64,000 nucleotides of DNA, from assembly GCA_002633005.1 (NCBI GenBank), contig NMRA01000033.1, positions 258,397-322,396 of the forward strand. The letters run 5' to 3'. The notes below the pieces were generated by a model, which searched no databases, was not told the origin of the DNA, and saw only the letters and a list, made by a program, of their open reading frames with translations. The DNA comes from Phoronis australis. Taxonomy: Eukaryota > Animalia > Phoronida. Position 1 is the first letter of the stretch. Every line of letters starts with the position of its first letter. Positions 12,489-25,177 of the stretch are shown piece after piece. The position numbers and the translations under genes were made by a program.

Positions 12489-15112
12489 CTGTAATCAAAC
12501 AAATTAGAGTATACAACAAAACTGTTGATAAGACCAAAAGATCAACTCAAACATTCATGCCGGACCAACCTACGTAATAATTTCTAATACCAACAAAAAA
12601 TTTCTATTCTTCAGTGTCCTCATACAACCTCAAAAAAATCTTAATATCTTCAGACTGCCAGCTAAACTGCAAGTAGTCCATTTCCATGAATCATACACCA
12701 CAGGCTAATACAAAACCAGAAATTTTGTATATGCAACAGTCTCTAATTAAGTCAATAAGCTACGTGCCACGGCCACCCACAAGCAGTGTTTTCAATAATA
12801 TCTGATTAAGCAAATAATTTATACGCTGCACATGAGAATAAATTAAATCAGAAATTTTAGTGTCAACATTGATTTCTAACTTAGTCAGGGGCAAGTTCAT
12901 TAATTCTAAATCGGTCACAACTCAAGAACGGGCGAGAACACATGCCCTGCTCGAAATACACGGAAATCTAACAGAGACAGTTTCAAAAATGTCCATTGTC
13001 TGTCCACACTGCATGACAACAGGTCTCGGGGCATCTCAGAGGCAATGCAAAGAAATCCTTTTGTATATTGAATATAAACAGAAATAAAAACTACAAAGCT
13101 ATCAGCCTTATAATTGGTGTAGTGTAAACAATTAACAACAATTACCTTTTCCATAAGTCCCAACAAAAACTCATTTTCAAATCCTTTTAATTTTCACAAA
13201 ATTAGCGACAGTTCTACAATGCTCCACTTATACAATACGATTAAAACAACATGACTGTTAACATTTTGAGAATCAATTTGATGCTCCCTGTTTAGTGGAG
13301 AACCTGGTTCTCAAAATGCCATTATGTTACATCGGACTGCCGAGACATTTGGTAAAATACTGAACTTGACAGCAGTAAATATAGTACAACACTGTAAGAA
13401 AAGATATTGGGAGGAAAACAGGCTGGAAGGCATGTAGGTATATTAGCCCACACACATGCAGACACCCAGTGGCATGCACAAAGACACACACATCAGTCTC
13501 CCTGTGTCTTCCCTACTCTCACATCTTCACATTCAGTTCCCTTCTGCCAACAGTGTTCCTAACAAGAAATTCAACAAACACGTTGACACTGCCGTACTCC
13601 TTCGGATTTTCTACGCATTCACTTTTAAATGCTCATGTTCCATTTATCACGCGCTTCCAATTCATATGAATGTGACTTTGTGAACCCCCATCTCACGAAA
13701 ATTTTAGTTCCGCAAAACTCGCTTATCATAAATCCAAATATTACGAGTCTCAAAGCATCTCCTTTCCTAATGGAATGGGAAACTATGCGCACTGTTTTAA
13801 AATTTTTTTAACTCCTGCATGATGGTCGGGACGCATTTACCCAAATTGACCTCTGTGATAAATGTCCACCCTCGACTTTTGAAAAATTTTGTGTTTAAAC
13901 ACCCATACGTCACTTTAATCACACCCCCTAATTTTTTAGTTCCAAAATTTAAGCGCCTTGTGTGTTAATGTGGACTATAGTAAATTTTCCTCAAATTCTA
14001 ACAAAATAATGGCCAAAATCGCCATTTTTCATTTTTCAAACGCTTACTGTATTGCCCAAATTAAAATTGTTCCAAATCTCATTGCGTGTTTGTTGAGGAC
14101 ACCCATCCTATGTAAAGCTTTAATACTATTGTAGAAAACTTTGATGATAAAATGAAATTTTACAGGACCGCAGTGTTGCGATCTAATTTCAAGAAACTTT
14201 ACCATAACAGGGTACAGAGTACTATCTTATCACGTCATGTATTAGTCGGTCCTTAAAGTCAGTCCGTAAATATCACGTCTCTCAGCTAGAACAAGCAGAG
14301 AATGAAACTACAGTAAAATCTCTCTCTGTAATATTAGTAGGCCATGCACAGCATGGCCAACTATTGAAATTTCGTTTTCAATACCACATTGATGGCTTAT
14401 CCTTTCTAAACCATAGTTATCTTGAGACAATATTTTGAAAAAACTTTGGACATTCATAACACCGGTGGAACCCTTTGAAAATCGTCAAGATATTACTGTA
14501 ACAACAATAGTGGTCCCGTCTACTTTCAAAGAGAGAACAAATATTATGTAGCAAATAGTTATCAGACTTTTATTGAACACCATTTTCATAGATGAAATGT
14601 ACATCTGCGTTCACCTGTGTAAATAATTTACGTTTCTCGGAATTACTACATACTGTCTTGTTTAAAAGGTGCCAAACCAAGTTAAGGTTTAATGTAGGAC
14701 CTCGGTGGACAACTAAAGTGTGTTTAGTCAATTATCTACAAAACTAAGTAAAAATTAACACAGTGAAAGTTACTATTTTCTGAAAATAGAAATCTTGTAG
14801 AATTTGCCTTTTTCTTAGACGCCAATATGCCACTTTCTTTTAATAAAATTTAGCAAATAAGAACTGTACATTCATGGCTGAATTTCAGCCATGTTGTTCA
14901 TCGCTGAGATTAGCTATTTTGATGTTAACAAAATTTGCATGGGTCATTTCTCTAGGGTCCTGCATAACCTCACTGTTGATAATGACAGTAACAGTCTTAT
15001 TCACCTACATGTACTAGATGGATGAATATTTCCACTGCAACAGTCAGAGGATATTAGTTGGCTTACTGCTTGATCACCAAGCCGGTAGAATCTAAGTGAG
15101 ATTAGTTAAAAG

Positions 15113-15361
15113 TACGGTAAAATTTCAACATTTCGGACAAAAATAATTGCCAAAATTGGTCTTTTTTCATTTTTCAAACACTTGTAATATTGTTTTGAAT
15201 GTCCGCAGTAGGTGGAAACATAGTTTGAAGGTAGCTATAGCGTATACCTTTAAAGTGGTATAGCATTTATTTGGTGCTACTTATATTTTATTTAAAAAAT
15301 GAAAACATAAAATTCCACGTGTCGGCCATATTGTGTCCTAAATTGGTGAGACTTTACCATA
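15113..15361. mobile_element. TA-flanked MITE (Tc1/mariner-type). Related fragments at ~12146-12215, ~14000-14060, ~26770-26990, ~34720-34875 and ~63165-63207
   Basis: TIRs TACGGTAAAATTTCAACATTTCGGACAAAAATAATTGCC / GGCCATATTGTGTCCTAAATTGGTGAGACTTTACCATA, and dispersed copies. Confidence 0.6.
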
Positions 15362-18048
15362 TCTTTACATTAATTATCAAGGTGGAAATAGAGCAGAATG
15401 TTTATTATGTAAGACAATTATGTATGCAATAAGTTCCTTTTAAAATAGTCACTTTTACTGGGGACATTGGGCAGTAAAACTTTAAATTAACTTTAAATTC
15501 TGCCGTGAGCAGTCAGCTGACTGGTTTCAGTGTTTAACTTACACCCTCACCACAGTTGATCCACTTATTGAGCAAATCCAAAGCCTTCCCCGTATTTGTC
15601 GCTATTATGGCACCATTTTCCACTCGGGCTTCACCAGAAACGGGAACAGAACGCAACCCCATTAACACACTATTTGTTTTAATTTGAGTAGTTCTGACAA
15701 ATGGAGAAATCATATGGCTAGTGAGTGCAAGCCTGATGGCAGGTCTAATAGAGCAATGGTCTGGAACTCACCACAACTGTGCCTACGGTGATTCGATTCG
15801 ATTTCTCAAGCTAAGACGATGAAGATGCCAACAGTTCTCTGAATAGCACTAACTAATTACGAAGTACAGTAAGAAAAGTATTTAATACCTCAACTGAGAA
15901 AATGAAGAGCAAGAAATCCAATAGGTGGCACTTAAGTCATGCAACGGTCCCTAAAAGTGACCTTATCTGTGATAACATGTCTCTGTAATTAGCCCAACAA
16001 CAGATACAAAACACCACCAGTTTACTATGTCGTCACGGGCACTTAGTTAGTAGAAGTAAAAGCTGATGACTCAAGTAGCAGATAATTTTGAGGACATTTA
16101 ACTGGTAAGGTCACCCGCCTTTGAGTTTCAGTTAATTCTACCAAATGACTAGAAGCCAACAAACAGTTTCTTCCATTTTTATCAAAACCACAAAAACAAC
16201 GGATTTTGCTGTTTTATAACTCTAGTCAAAGTTAATCATAACTTCAAACAAGTCTATCAAACCCGACATTAATCACAAAAATGTGTTTTTAGTATCTAAA
16301 AGTGACTATGTCTTTTCGGGCAGGCAGTCCTGAGGCACTGTTATGCCACAATCATCCCACTTGACATTGCTCTGTGCTCATCTGTTCTCGATCCTACTTG
16401 GGTATTTGATGACATTTTTAATGTGGGGTGCCACTGAGAAATAATACGGAAGATGCATTTTGATCCACCCTCTAAAGAACAAACGCAATTAAAAGGGACT
16501 CAGTATTGAGAGTTTCTGTGAAAATTACCATTTTGGTGGGGTTTTTCTTCACAGCATATTTTTTATTAAGGAGTTAAACCTAGCAAAATACTTAAATTAA
16601 ATTTGCCAACATGTTCTCAAGACAAAATTCTTTTTAACACAGCAAACCCCATGCTATCATAACCTGTAGAGTTCTGTAATTTCTGTTCCAAAAATGGATC
16701 CCTTTGTAAAGTGTCAATCTAACCATTGCACCATTTTGTAGGGAAAAGCCATCCCTTTGCAGAGAATTAGTTTGCCATGAGAAGAATTTTCACTTTAATT
16801 TTGAAAATTTAACTGACCACAAGTAGAAAGCAGTTTTCATCTAATCCCCTGATGACCTCCTTCTGTCGTGATTATAAGCTTTTGATTAAAGCCCACATAG
16901 AAAATGAAAGCTTTGAACTTTGCCAGTAGTAGTAGTAATTTGAAATGGATTTGTCTCGATCTTAAACACTTAAAATTAATTGGAAGGCTGGACACCAACC
17001 TCATACAAGTTAATTTAAGCTCCTGCCTGCACTACTAAGAAAACTTTATGTTAGGTCAGGTTCATTCCATACAATTCCTTCTTTAAAACTATATGGATCA
17101 CAAGTTTTCAATCACAACCGACTGAACATTAAAAAAGTTCACGTTGCTCATAAAAGGCTTGGAATGCCGGTAAAATGCTTCTTGATGGCCCAAATTAATT
17201 CCATTGAGGCTCAAAATCAATTCCACTTTATCTTGCTCCAACATAAATTAAACTAATCAAGTCATGAATTCAATTCTCAGTCTATCAATGCTCAAGATTT
17301 TCTTATCGAGCAGGCTTGCTGATCACGGGATTTAACACAACAAAATGGAATGACAGGAATTGGCCACTTAAAGTTTACTAGGCAATGTTTCCAATATTGC
17401 AGAGACAATCTGATAACACCTCCACTATTGAATGTCATAATCAAGTACACAGTACATTCAAAGCTGAAAATAAAAAAAGAAGTCGATCAAACGCGTCTTA
17501 TCCCTGATAAGCGGATAATACACGGTACTTCTCCCGGACACTAATTTCAAACAAAATCATTGGTTAATTTGTTATTTTCCATTTCACACTGTCCGCTGTA
17601 CATACTAAAAACTTAATGTGGTTCTGTGTCACTTTAACAAAGCATGTTAATAATAAACTAAGACTTTCTTTGTATGACAAAACTTTACTTGACAATATGG
17701 CATGCTAAATGAAGAGTTTCTTTATAATGACGTACTGAACAAAAAATTCACAACACACTTGGCACTCTATTTTTCAGACAGCAATCAATGGAGATTTTTT
17801 GAAAGTTGTGATGTGCGCTTCATCCCTAGGTCAAATTAGCCAACTTCAAGGCCAAATTAAACAAGAATAAAGTCATTTATTAAGTAATAAAAAAACCTAT
17901 GCGCTCCATTCTGACCACATTATACCCAAAAACATGAAGTGTTGGCTTGCTTGACTGTGCAGAGTATTAGAGACCAATCATAAAATCAAATCAAAACATT
18001 TTACAGTCAACATTGTGTTTAATGAGGTGTCCCATGGTAATAATTATA

Positions 18049-19000
18049 CTGTGTTCATCCTCATGAGTGCTCAAGGCACTTAGAAAAGTCATGAAACGGG
18101 GGGGGGGGGCTTGATTCCATAAAAAATCTCCTTCCTGAACTACGCGAGTACCTACAACTGGAGGATAAGCTTACTTTCAACAATCAATGTTTTACTCCAA
18201 ATAAAATTACCAAGTATAAGTCAAATCTAGGTCAAACTTAATGTCGTAAGCTCTGATACATGAGATGCTTCTTATGTTTTTGATAAAGCTTTCATCCCTG
18301 CAGACCATCATCATCAGGTATTATCATAATTAGATGTAACAGGAACTCAGCGTGGTTAATTAGTGGACATTTCCTGTGATGTCCTCAAAGTGTGCATTTA
18401 TAACAATATATATAATTTGGTTGTTGATGTGAAATAACATGGTATTTAGTTTTCTTGAAACATGATGGAAGTTGGAAGTGTGTTGTGACTGAAACATCAT
18501 CATTGCTAGAGGCTTGGAAATTCCATGCAACATGATATTTATTAGATCACCAGGATTAATTGATAGGAGAAATATTTTTGTAAAAATCACAACGATTAAA
18601 GTGGCTAAAAAACTGTGTTCCGTCCAAGAAATGAACTTTTACTGCAATAAAATTGGTCTTTAGTAATTGTTCCATGCTAAGATTAGAAAGTTGGACAAGA
18701 ACTAATAGGTCAGCTCCAGACCATGCTTTGTGCATAAAGTGACACCTAGTGACAAGCCTACATGTACAGCCAGGCTGGTCACAATCAATAACAAACTCAG
18801 TTCTTTCGAAACCCTCCAATCAAGTCCAATTTGATTACGGAATGATTTGAGATCGATTTCATAATGGTAAGTGGTACAAATCATAGGTTGGTTCTTGTGG
18901 TGGACCAGTGGTTTCATGGCTGATTTAATAGCTATTATTAAGTTCAAAATCTGGTTAAGAGGCACCCATAAGGACATGACGCTTATTAGGACGAATATGG
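18049..19000. mobile_element. Degenerate Tc2/pogo-like non-autonomous DNA transposon
   Basis: TA|CTGTGTTCATCCTCATGAGTGC ... GCTTATTAGGACGAATATGG|TA. Related ends at 30528-30798, ~53420-53483 and ~53727-53790. Confidence 0.6.
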
Positions 19001-19568
19001 TATACCTAAACAGGTTATGAATCCTTCACTTATTGTCATTCATTTACCAGCTGGGACCATGTGCCACAATCACCAATGCAACAATGCACAAAAAATGAAA
19101 TTAGAACAAAAATTAACCCAAATATCTGATTGTGCCAACGGTCCATTTGTGCTACAAATCAAATAATTAAATGTAGCTTACTTTTATAGTTTCTTTTTAC
19201 TAGATGTACATTTTTGTCAACACATGTTACCAGCTCTGAAAGATTGCAACATTTTAGATTTTTCCACTCTTTTATTGGAGTGCATAGCAACTGCAAGATA
19301 GCCAGTAAAAGCTGAGGCCTGTTTTTTGCAGAGTGCCCTCTGGTGACATGTTACGGTGACTAACCAATTTTAACACAAAACATGGTGAACATTGTTTTCG
19401 TGAAAGAAAAATTGAAACTAATGCTTCCTTTTGATCAAGTTATGTGCACCATAGTTATGTCATCATTCAATATTTAGAAAAATTGTGGACATTCACAACA
19501 GTATTAGCAAACCATGAAAAATGGAAAAATGAGAATTTACAATAATAATCTTCAAACTGACTTGCATA

Positions 19569-21357
19569 CCGTAAACGTTCGGGTTAACGCCCATGCTCAG
19601 TTAACCTCCCACCCCCTACTTTAGGTGGATTTTCGATTTAACCACCCACTGCTCGGTTAAGCGCCCCCCTGCGATTTTTGAAGATTTCCAGTTAAGCGCC
19701 CACCTCTCAGTTAAGCGTCCATCCTCAACTTTTAAAGAATGAAGATTTAGCGCCCAGTGCTAAGGAAACGTGCGATTTCCCGACTTAGAAAAAGATCGCT
19801 GATCACAAAGAGCGCAACAACGCCGGGCTTCCGAGACGGTGGTTTAGCAATGTGAATTACAATATTCAAGTAACGAGTTATTGTCTTGGGTCATGGACTC
19901 ACGTCAAAATATAATACTTGAAAGTTTTTGTCACTTTATTTTCTTCCCATGTTTGCTAAGTTTAAGAACGCCGCCGGCGTCAAAACCTCCGCTTTCAGCG
20001 ACTTTGTCTGCCGCGCTGAGTTTTCGTCTGCTGTGCACTTGATAAAACATATATTTGAAAAAATCAGGTCAGAGAAATGAGACAGTGGTTAAAAGTATAT
20101 AGTCTCGCCCGTTTCTGTTACTTAGGACTGTCGCTATTCTCTTTTGATGAGTGACTTTGTAGTGGTGCACGCGCTCAAGTTCCCACACTTTGGAGTGCAT
20201 GTTACCTCGACACCAACATGTGATTGACAGGTGACTCGCACGTAGGCCCTACGCGCGTGCTGAATCCCGCCGCTATCTTTGGCCATAACAAAAAAGATGC
20301 ATATTGAAAGAGGCCGTTATAGACCTATTATATTACTTGACGGCATTTCCAAGTCACGATTGTCAGCCAACTGAGACATTGCGCGCTAACAACGGGACCG
20401 AACAGGGACGCAGTGTGATATTGCAAGTGATATAAATAGGATAATCAGGACATCTTGCATGAAAAATAAATGTTTTTCCACCACGAAGTTTGGTAAGGTG
20501 ATCGTTTATGAATTGAAACATCGCTGTTTTGTAGCGTTTTATCACATATTTATGCCGTGGCTCGAAATTTTATTCTTGATTGACGAGTGGCTCACGGCCG
20601 CTTAACCCCGATTCTCGTCTTAGGACTAGTTCTTTGCCGAGCATGTTTGGCGCAACGGCAATTGAGCAATGCTGGGCGGTCGAGATAAAACAGCTAGCCG
20701 CAGAACCATACGCTGAAAATGTCATTGACACGAAGTGTCGACTATAAACATCCTAAACACAAAAAAACATCTGAATTAGGTTTTTCAAACTTTTATTACA
20801 ACTTATTTTAAAACTGCTCTCAGACTATGAACTTGGCAGCTCAGTACGGGACTGTAACCATGAATAAGATGTCTGCTGTGACCTCTGCAACACATGAAGC
20901 TTGCACGCGCGCACTTTAACAAGGTCACATCTTGAAATAGTTGCAATCCTAGTAGAGGCTGTGTGGTCACTGGTCGTCTGCGCTTTAGAGGGCAAAGTAA
21001 CAAGACCGCAGGACACCATGGGGCTATTATTACTAAGCAATTCTGTAAATTTAATAGTGAATAACTAATCTGAAGGCAAGAGAATCTTTGTTGGGATCAT
21101 CCGCTGTTATGACATTTTTCCCGTCATGTGGCGACGTGACGATAACGCTTTTGAAAAGTACTACGCGTTCCGAGTACGACGTAAGATTAACCACCCAGGG
21201 CGGTTGCCTGTCGTAATAAGCGCCCATGTTCGGTTAACCGCCCACCTTGGATTTCTTGAAAATTCACGTTTAAGCGCCCATGTCTGGTTAACCGCCCACC
21301 CCCGATTTTTTGGGTTTGCCAATTTAACCACCCAGTGCGTTAACCTGAACGTTACGG
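19569..21357. mobile_element. Full-length 1.79-kb non-autonomous Tc2/pogo-like DNA transposon
   Basis: TA TSD on both sides. TIRs CCGTAAACGTTCGGGTTAACGC / GCGTTAACCTGAACGTTACGG, arrays of subterminal TTAA(G)CGCCCA motifs, and a CpG-rich interior with no transposase ORF. Confidence 0.85.
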
Positions 21358-22630
21358 TATTTCAGACGCGATATGCAAATTTACGAACAGCTGAAGTTAT
21401 CCAAAATAAAACCCACAAATGTAAGAAAAGGGAGCCGAGGCATAGTTAAAACATCAGTTTAATCCCCAGGCTCAAAACTGTCAATCCCTCCAAGACCTCA
21501 GCTCAACTGCAGAGGCATTAAGACTAGGTTGTTGCTTGCATTTGGGAAAGTTAATGCCAAGTCATGCACTAGTCGTTTCCCTTGTATGAGCAACAGGAAA
21601 TTGCTGTTTGGCTCTAATATTGATCATTTAACTGCCTGTCCTCTTTCCAGTGTCTAAAGGTGGATTTTGAGTAGGGGTGATTCATCAAATACAGTATACT
21701 CCAAAAGTATTCAGACAAAATGACCTGGAATTCCCCATTCAGACAAAATGACCAGGAATTCCCAGTCAAGACATGGCTGTGCTGAAGCTGTTCATCCTCA
21801 GAGCAGCATTCCCTCATGACCAAGAATGCAGATAAATTAACAGGAAAGTTAGAAAGGTGGTTAAACTACCAAGAATTTTGCAGCTGTAATAGTCCTCACC
21901 AGTGATGTTTGCTGTTAACATAATAACGGTCATGTTACGTCCATCCGGTTACTTGTCTTACACTCAGTTTGGTTCAGGTTCCTTGGTCTGAAGACTACAA
22001 ACAACTACCAGGAAAATTTTGTTTATTCTCTGGAGCTTGGCAATTAATCAGACCTACACATCATTAATATAACACCAACATCTACCACAAATCTATAAAG
22101 CCTTTCCTACCAACATTGCTACTTCAGTGTTTAGGACACCGTCAGTCAGTGGGAACCCTTAAATTCCATGTTGGATCGAAGTTAATATCTCAACTTTACT
22201 TCACAGTTAACAGGTGGGTTTAACAGAACAGCGTCCACATGTTGCTACAGTGGAAATGCTCACCTTCAGTCGCCAGCGAAGTTACTGACAGGGCGGTAAC
22301 TGCTATGACAATCATGAAGACCTTTCTTCACCACCTTGTGACAACTTTAATTACGACAGTGCCACATAGTGATGACTGATGACTACCAAAGCTAATGAGA
22401 ACACTGAAGTTAATTACGCAAGTGCTTTGCTAGTATGGGATTTATCTTGGTAGTAAAAGCCCTTGAGGCAGTGCTGTCAAATCTTCAGTTGTTCATTTGT
22501 CACATGTTGTCAACAATGGTACCAACATAACACATGGCAATAAGAAGCAACACTAAAAACAGTGACACAAGGGCCAATTCATTAGAAATCACATAAGTCT
22601 ATTCTATGAGATGACGTTGACTGTACTCAC

Positions 22631-22655
22631 TTGTGAATGCTGCAATTTGTGGCAT
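22631..22655 (-). CDS. Weak candidate alternative first exon MPQIAAFT
   Basis: ATG CCA CAA ATT GCA GCA TTC ACA A|gtgagt. The phase-1 donor is compatible with the exon at 12488. Confidence 0.3.
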
Positions 22656-23971
22656 TACAACAAATTAAATGCCGCCAGGTGAACCATAAAAATGCAACAG
22701 CTGTGAACCTACTCTACCCTCTCTATCTAAACAACAGCAGTTAATGAGGTTCTGAGTGTTTAAGGAGTTCATAGAAAAATGTCCAAATCTGGCTAACTTC
22801 AGGACATCATATCTCCGAAATGGCTGATCAGATTCAGGTGAAACTTTCACATACTGTTCATTATATGCTTTAGGAATTGTTTTAAAGAGTTCCATTTTTG
22901 CATTAAAGGCAATCAAAAACGGGACATAGTTGATTTTCATGAAAAAAATCTAAAGTGGCACAAAACGAGAACGATACTTTCGAAAACTGTAACAGCCTTT
23001 TTGAGATCTCATCTTTGGTAAAGTACACAAACCAATTCGTGCCTCGCGTTAAGATGTTGACTTGATTTCCAAAAGGCAACAATTAAGTCAATCCAAACAG
23101 GTTCTCGATTGCCACAAACTTTTTTTACCTTCCAAAAATCACCTATGCTCAATATTGGGGTGCATTGCGAAGATGTACGTAAAATTTGGTTAGCCACCCT
23201 TTCAGTCCACTCCAGGATCAGTATCTAGACCTCTATAATAAAGCCCTCGATACAGAGAAAATACAAGTCTTTAAACTACTTCAATTTATGCCTCAATATT
23301 ATTAAAATGCCATGTTATTACTATAACTAACCACCTCGGTGTCAGTTGACTCGCGAACCTGAGATTTGAGGAATAACAGCAAACTCCATGAAGTTTCTGT
23401 GTCCAAGTGTAACCCCATGACATCACGTTCATACATGTCTTTTCAGGCACTGTTTTAACCAGATACTCATTATTTTAATCAAAATCTGCATTTAATCATC
23501 GGATCTCCCCTTTTATATAAAAATCGACTCTTTTATTCTCATTTGTTGTCTCACACCACACTACTGCACACATGCTACACATGTCCAACTGAAAACTATT
23601 CTTGTATAGTTGCAAATGGTATGTGAGTTGATCAAGGACTACAAAAATCATTTTAAAAACCATACAGCAATAATTGGGAACCATACAGCAATAACTGGGT
23701 CAAATCACTTCAAAGTATGTAAATCAAATTTGCGCAGACAAAGCTAGCTGTAGAAGCAATCAGTGAACGTCACTTGGTGATTCACATACGGTAATGTTCA
23801 GACCATTTAAAGCTGCATATTCACCCTTTAGCAGGCTACAAAACGAAAATTGAACTAGGCCTTTAATTCTCATTTTTATATTCCGTCTCACGATGTTCCT
23901 TTCAATGATGATCCCATTTCTGCTACAAAATCCAGTTACAAGAAATCTGTACATGTGCCAATTACGAACTA

Positions 23972-24003
23972 ACAATTTTAGGATTGGCCAATCCTAAAAT
24001 TGT
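23972..24003. repeat. Perfect 32-bp spacerless palindrome inside a dispersed repeat (23807-24060, related to 307-520)
   Basis: ACAATTTTAGGATTGG|CCAATCCTAAAATTGT. Confidence 0.9.
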
Positions 24004-24426
24004 ATATGAGCCATTTCTGCAATTTTTGGGGTTGGGCAACCCAAACGAACTCGATGATGGACGTCTACAAAAAGGTTTTTTTCAATCTTAATCTTACAGG
24101 TGTCTGTCTCATATTTTACAAAATGATTCTGTTTCAAAACTTTATGGTATGTTGAATTGTACCATCAAGAGGAGACAATAAAATCTCGGTCTGAGCATTT
24201 GTCTTACTTGTGTAGCATGAGGTTTTGAGTTATTAAAGGGACATTACTGGCAAGAAAAGAGAAAAACGGCAGATTGTTTTAAGCATACTGGTTAAGTCAC
24301 AGGTCCATAACTTCAGTGAATGTCTGACAAACAATAGTGAGAATTATCCATATGTAATCAAATCACAAATTAAAGCTCTGAACGAAGCTAATTAGTTTAC
24401 GAAGTACATCGCATCTAACAGTAACA

Positions 24427-24579
24427 ACTATTATTAAAATCTCTTGATCTATTTACACTATTATTAAAATCTCTTGATCTATTTACACTATTATTAAAAT
24501 CTCTTGATCTATTTACACTATTATTAAAATCTCTTGATCTATTTACACTATTATTAAAATCTCTTGATCTATTTACACT
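24427..24579. repeat. 30-bp tandem repeat, 5 identical copies
   Basis: (actattattaaaatctcttgatctatttac)x5, directly at the 3' end of the SINE-like element. Confidence 0.97.
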
Positions 24580-24772
24580 GCCATGACATTTCGGTAGGAC
24601 TATATTCCCTGACCGTCGTCAGGTGTTCAAGCGTTCTAAGAAGAATGAGCATGGATATGTGGTACTCCCATGGAGTGATTTTTTTTGTCCAAGGCAGGAT
24701 TTGAACCCTCGACTTCTGAATCCACATATACTTCAAGTCCAGCACCATAACCACTACACCACGGAGAAAGTC
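24575..24772 (-). mobile_element. tRNA-derived SINE-like element with a hammerhead-ribozyme-like 3' part
   Basis: A box TGGTGTAGTGG (24761-24751) and B box GGTTCAAATCC (24707-24697). The acceptor stem does not pair. Downstream is CTGACGA-cGGTcagggaatatagtcctACC-GAAA-tGTC. Confidence 0.7.
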
Positions 24773-24847
24773 ATTTAACAATAACACCAAAAATGCCTGT
24801 AGAACCCACAATGTCCTTTTAATGATATGTAGAACCTAAGCTAACCC

Positions 24848-25177
24848 TTAAAAGGGAACTGTATTTTATTCTGAATAAATTCTGGATAGTTTTCTANCTG
24901 TGGCAAACAATAAAAAAATAAGGACGATTGATACAATGATAAATTACGATGTAAACTCTTCAAATATGACATAAGCAATGAATGTGCAAAGCAGCCGATA
25001 CCCCGCCGTTCACGTCACTGACACATCAGCCAATCAGCGAACGCTTTCAGAAGTCAGTGTTTTGACCATGAATACGAATTGGCTTTTGTTTGGCACGCAA
25101 GTCAGGCAAATGTGAGTTTTATTTGTATGTTAGAACCGATTAACTGCACCATTATTTTGACTACAGTCCCCTTTTAA
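24848..25177. mobile_element. TTAA-flanked MITE (Kolobok-like)
   Basis: TTAA|AAGGGAACTGTA ... TACAGTCCCCTT|TTAA. Confidence 0.7.

Noticed and set aside
21126-21449. 107-aa ORF with a repeated SAHVxLTAH motif (also 62358-62609)
   Set aside because: It is a translation of the transposon's subterminal repeats and has no transposase motifs.
24685-24768. Functional tRNA gene (TGA anticodon with an apparent intron)
   Set aside because: The acceptor stem cannot pair in register, there is no long variable arm for Ser and no T-run terminator. It is better explained as a SINE head.
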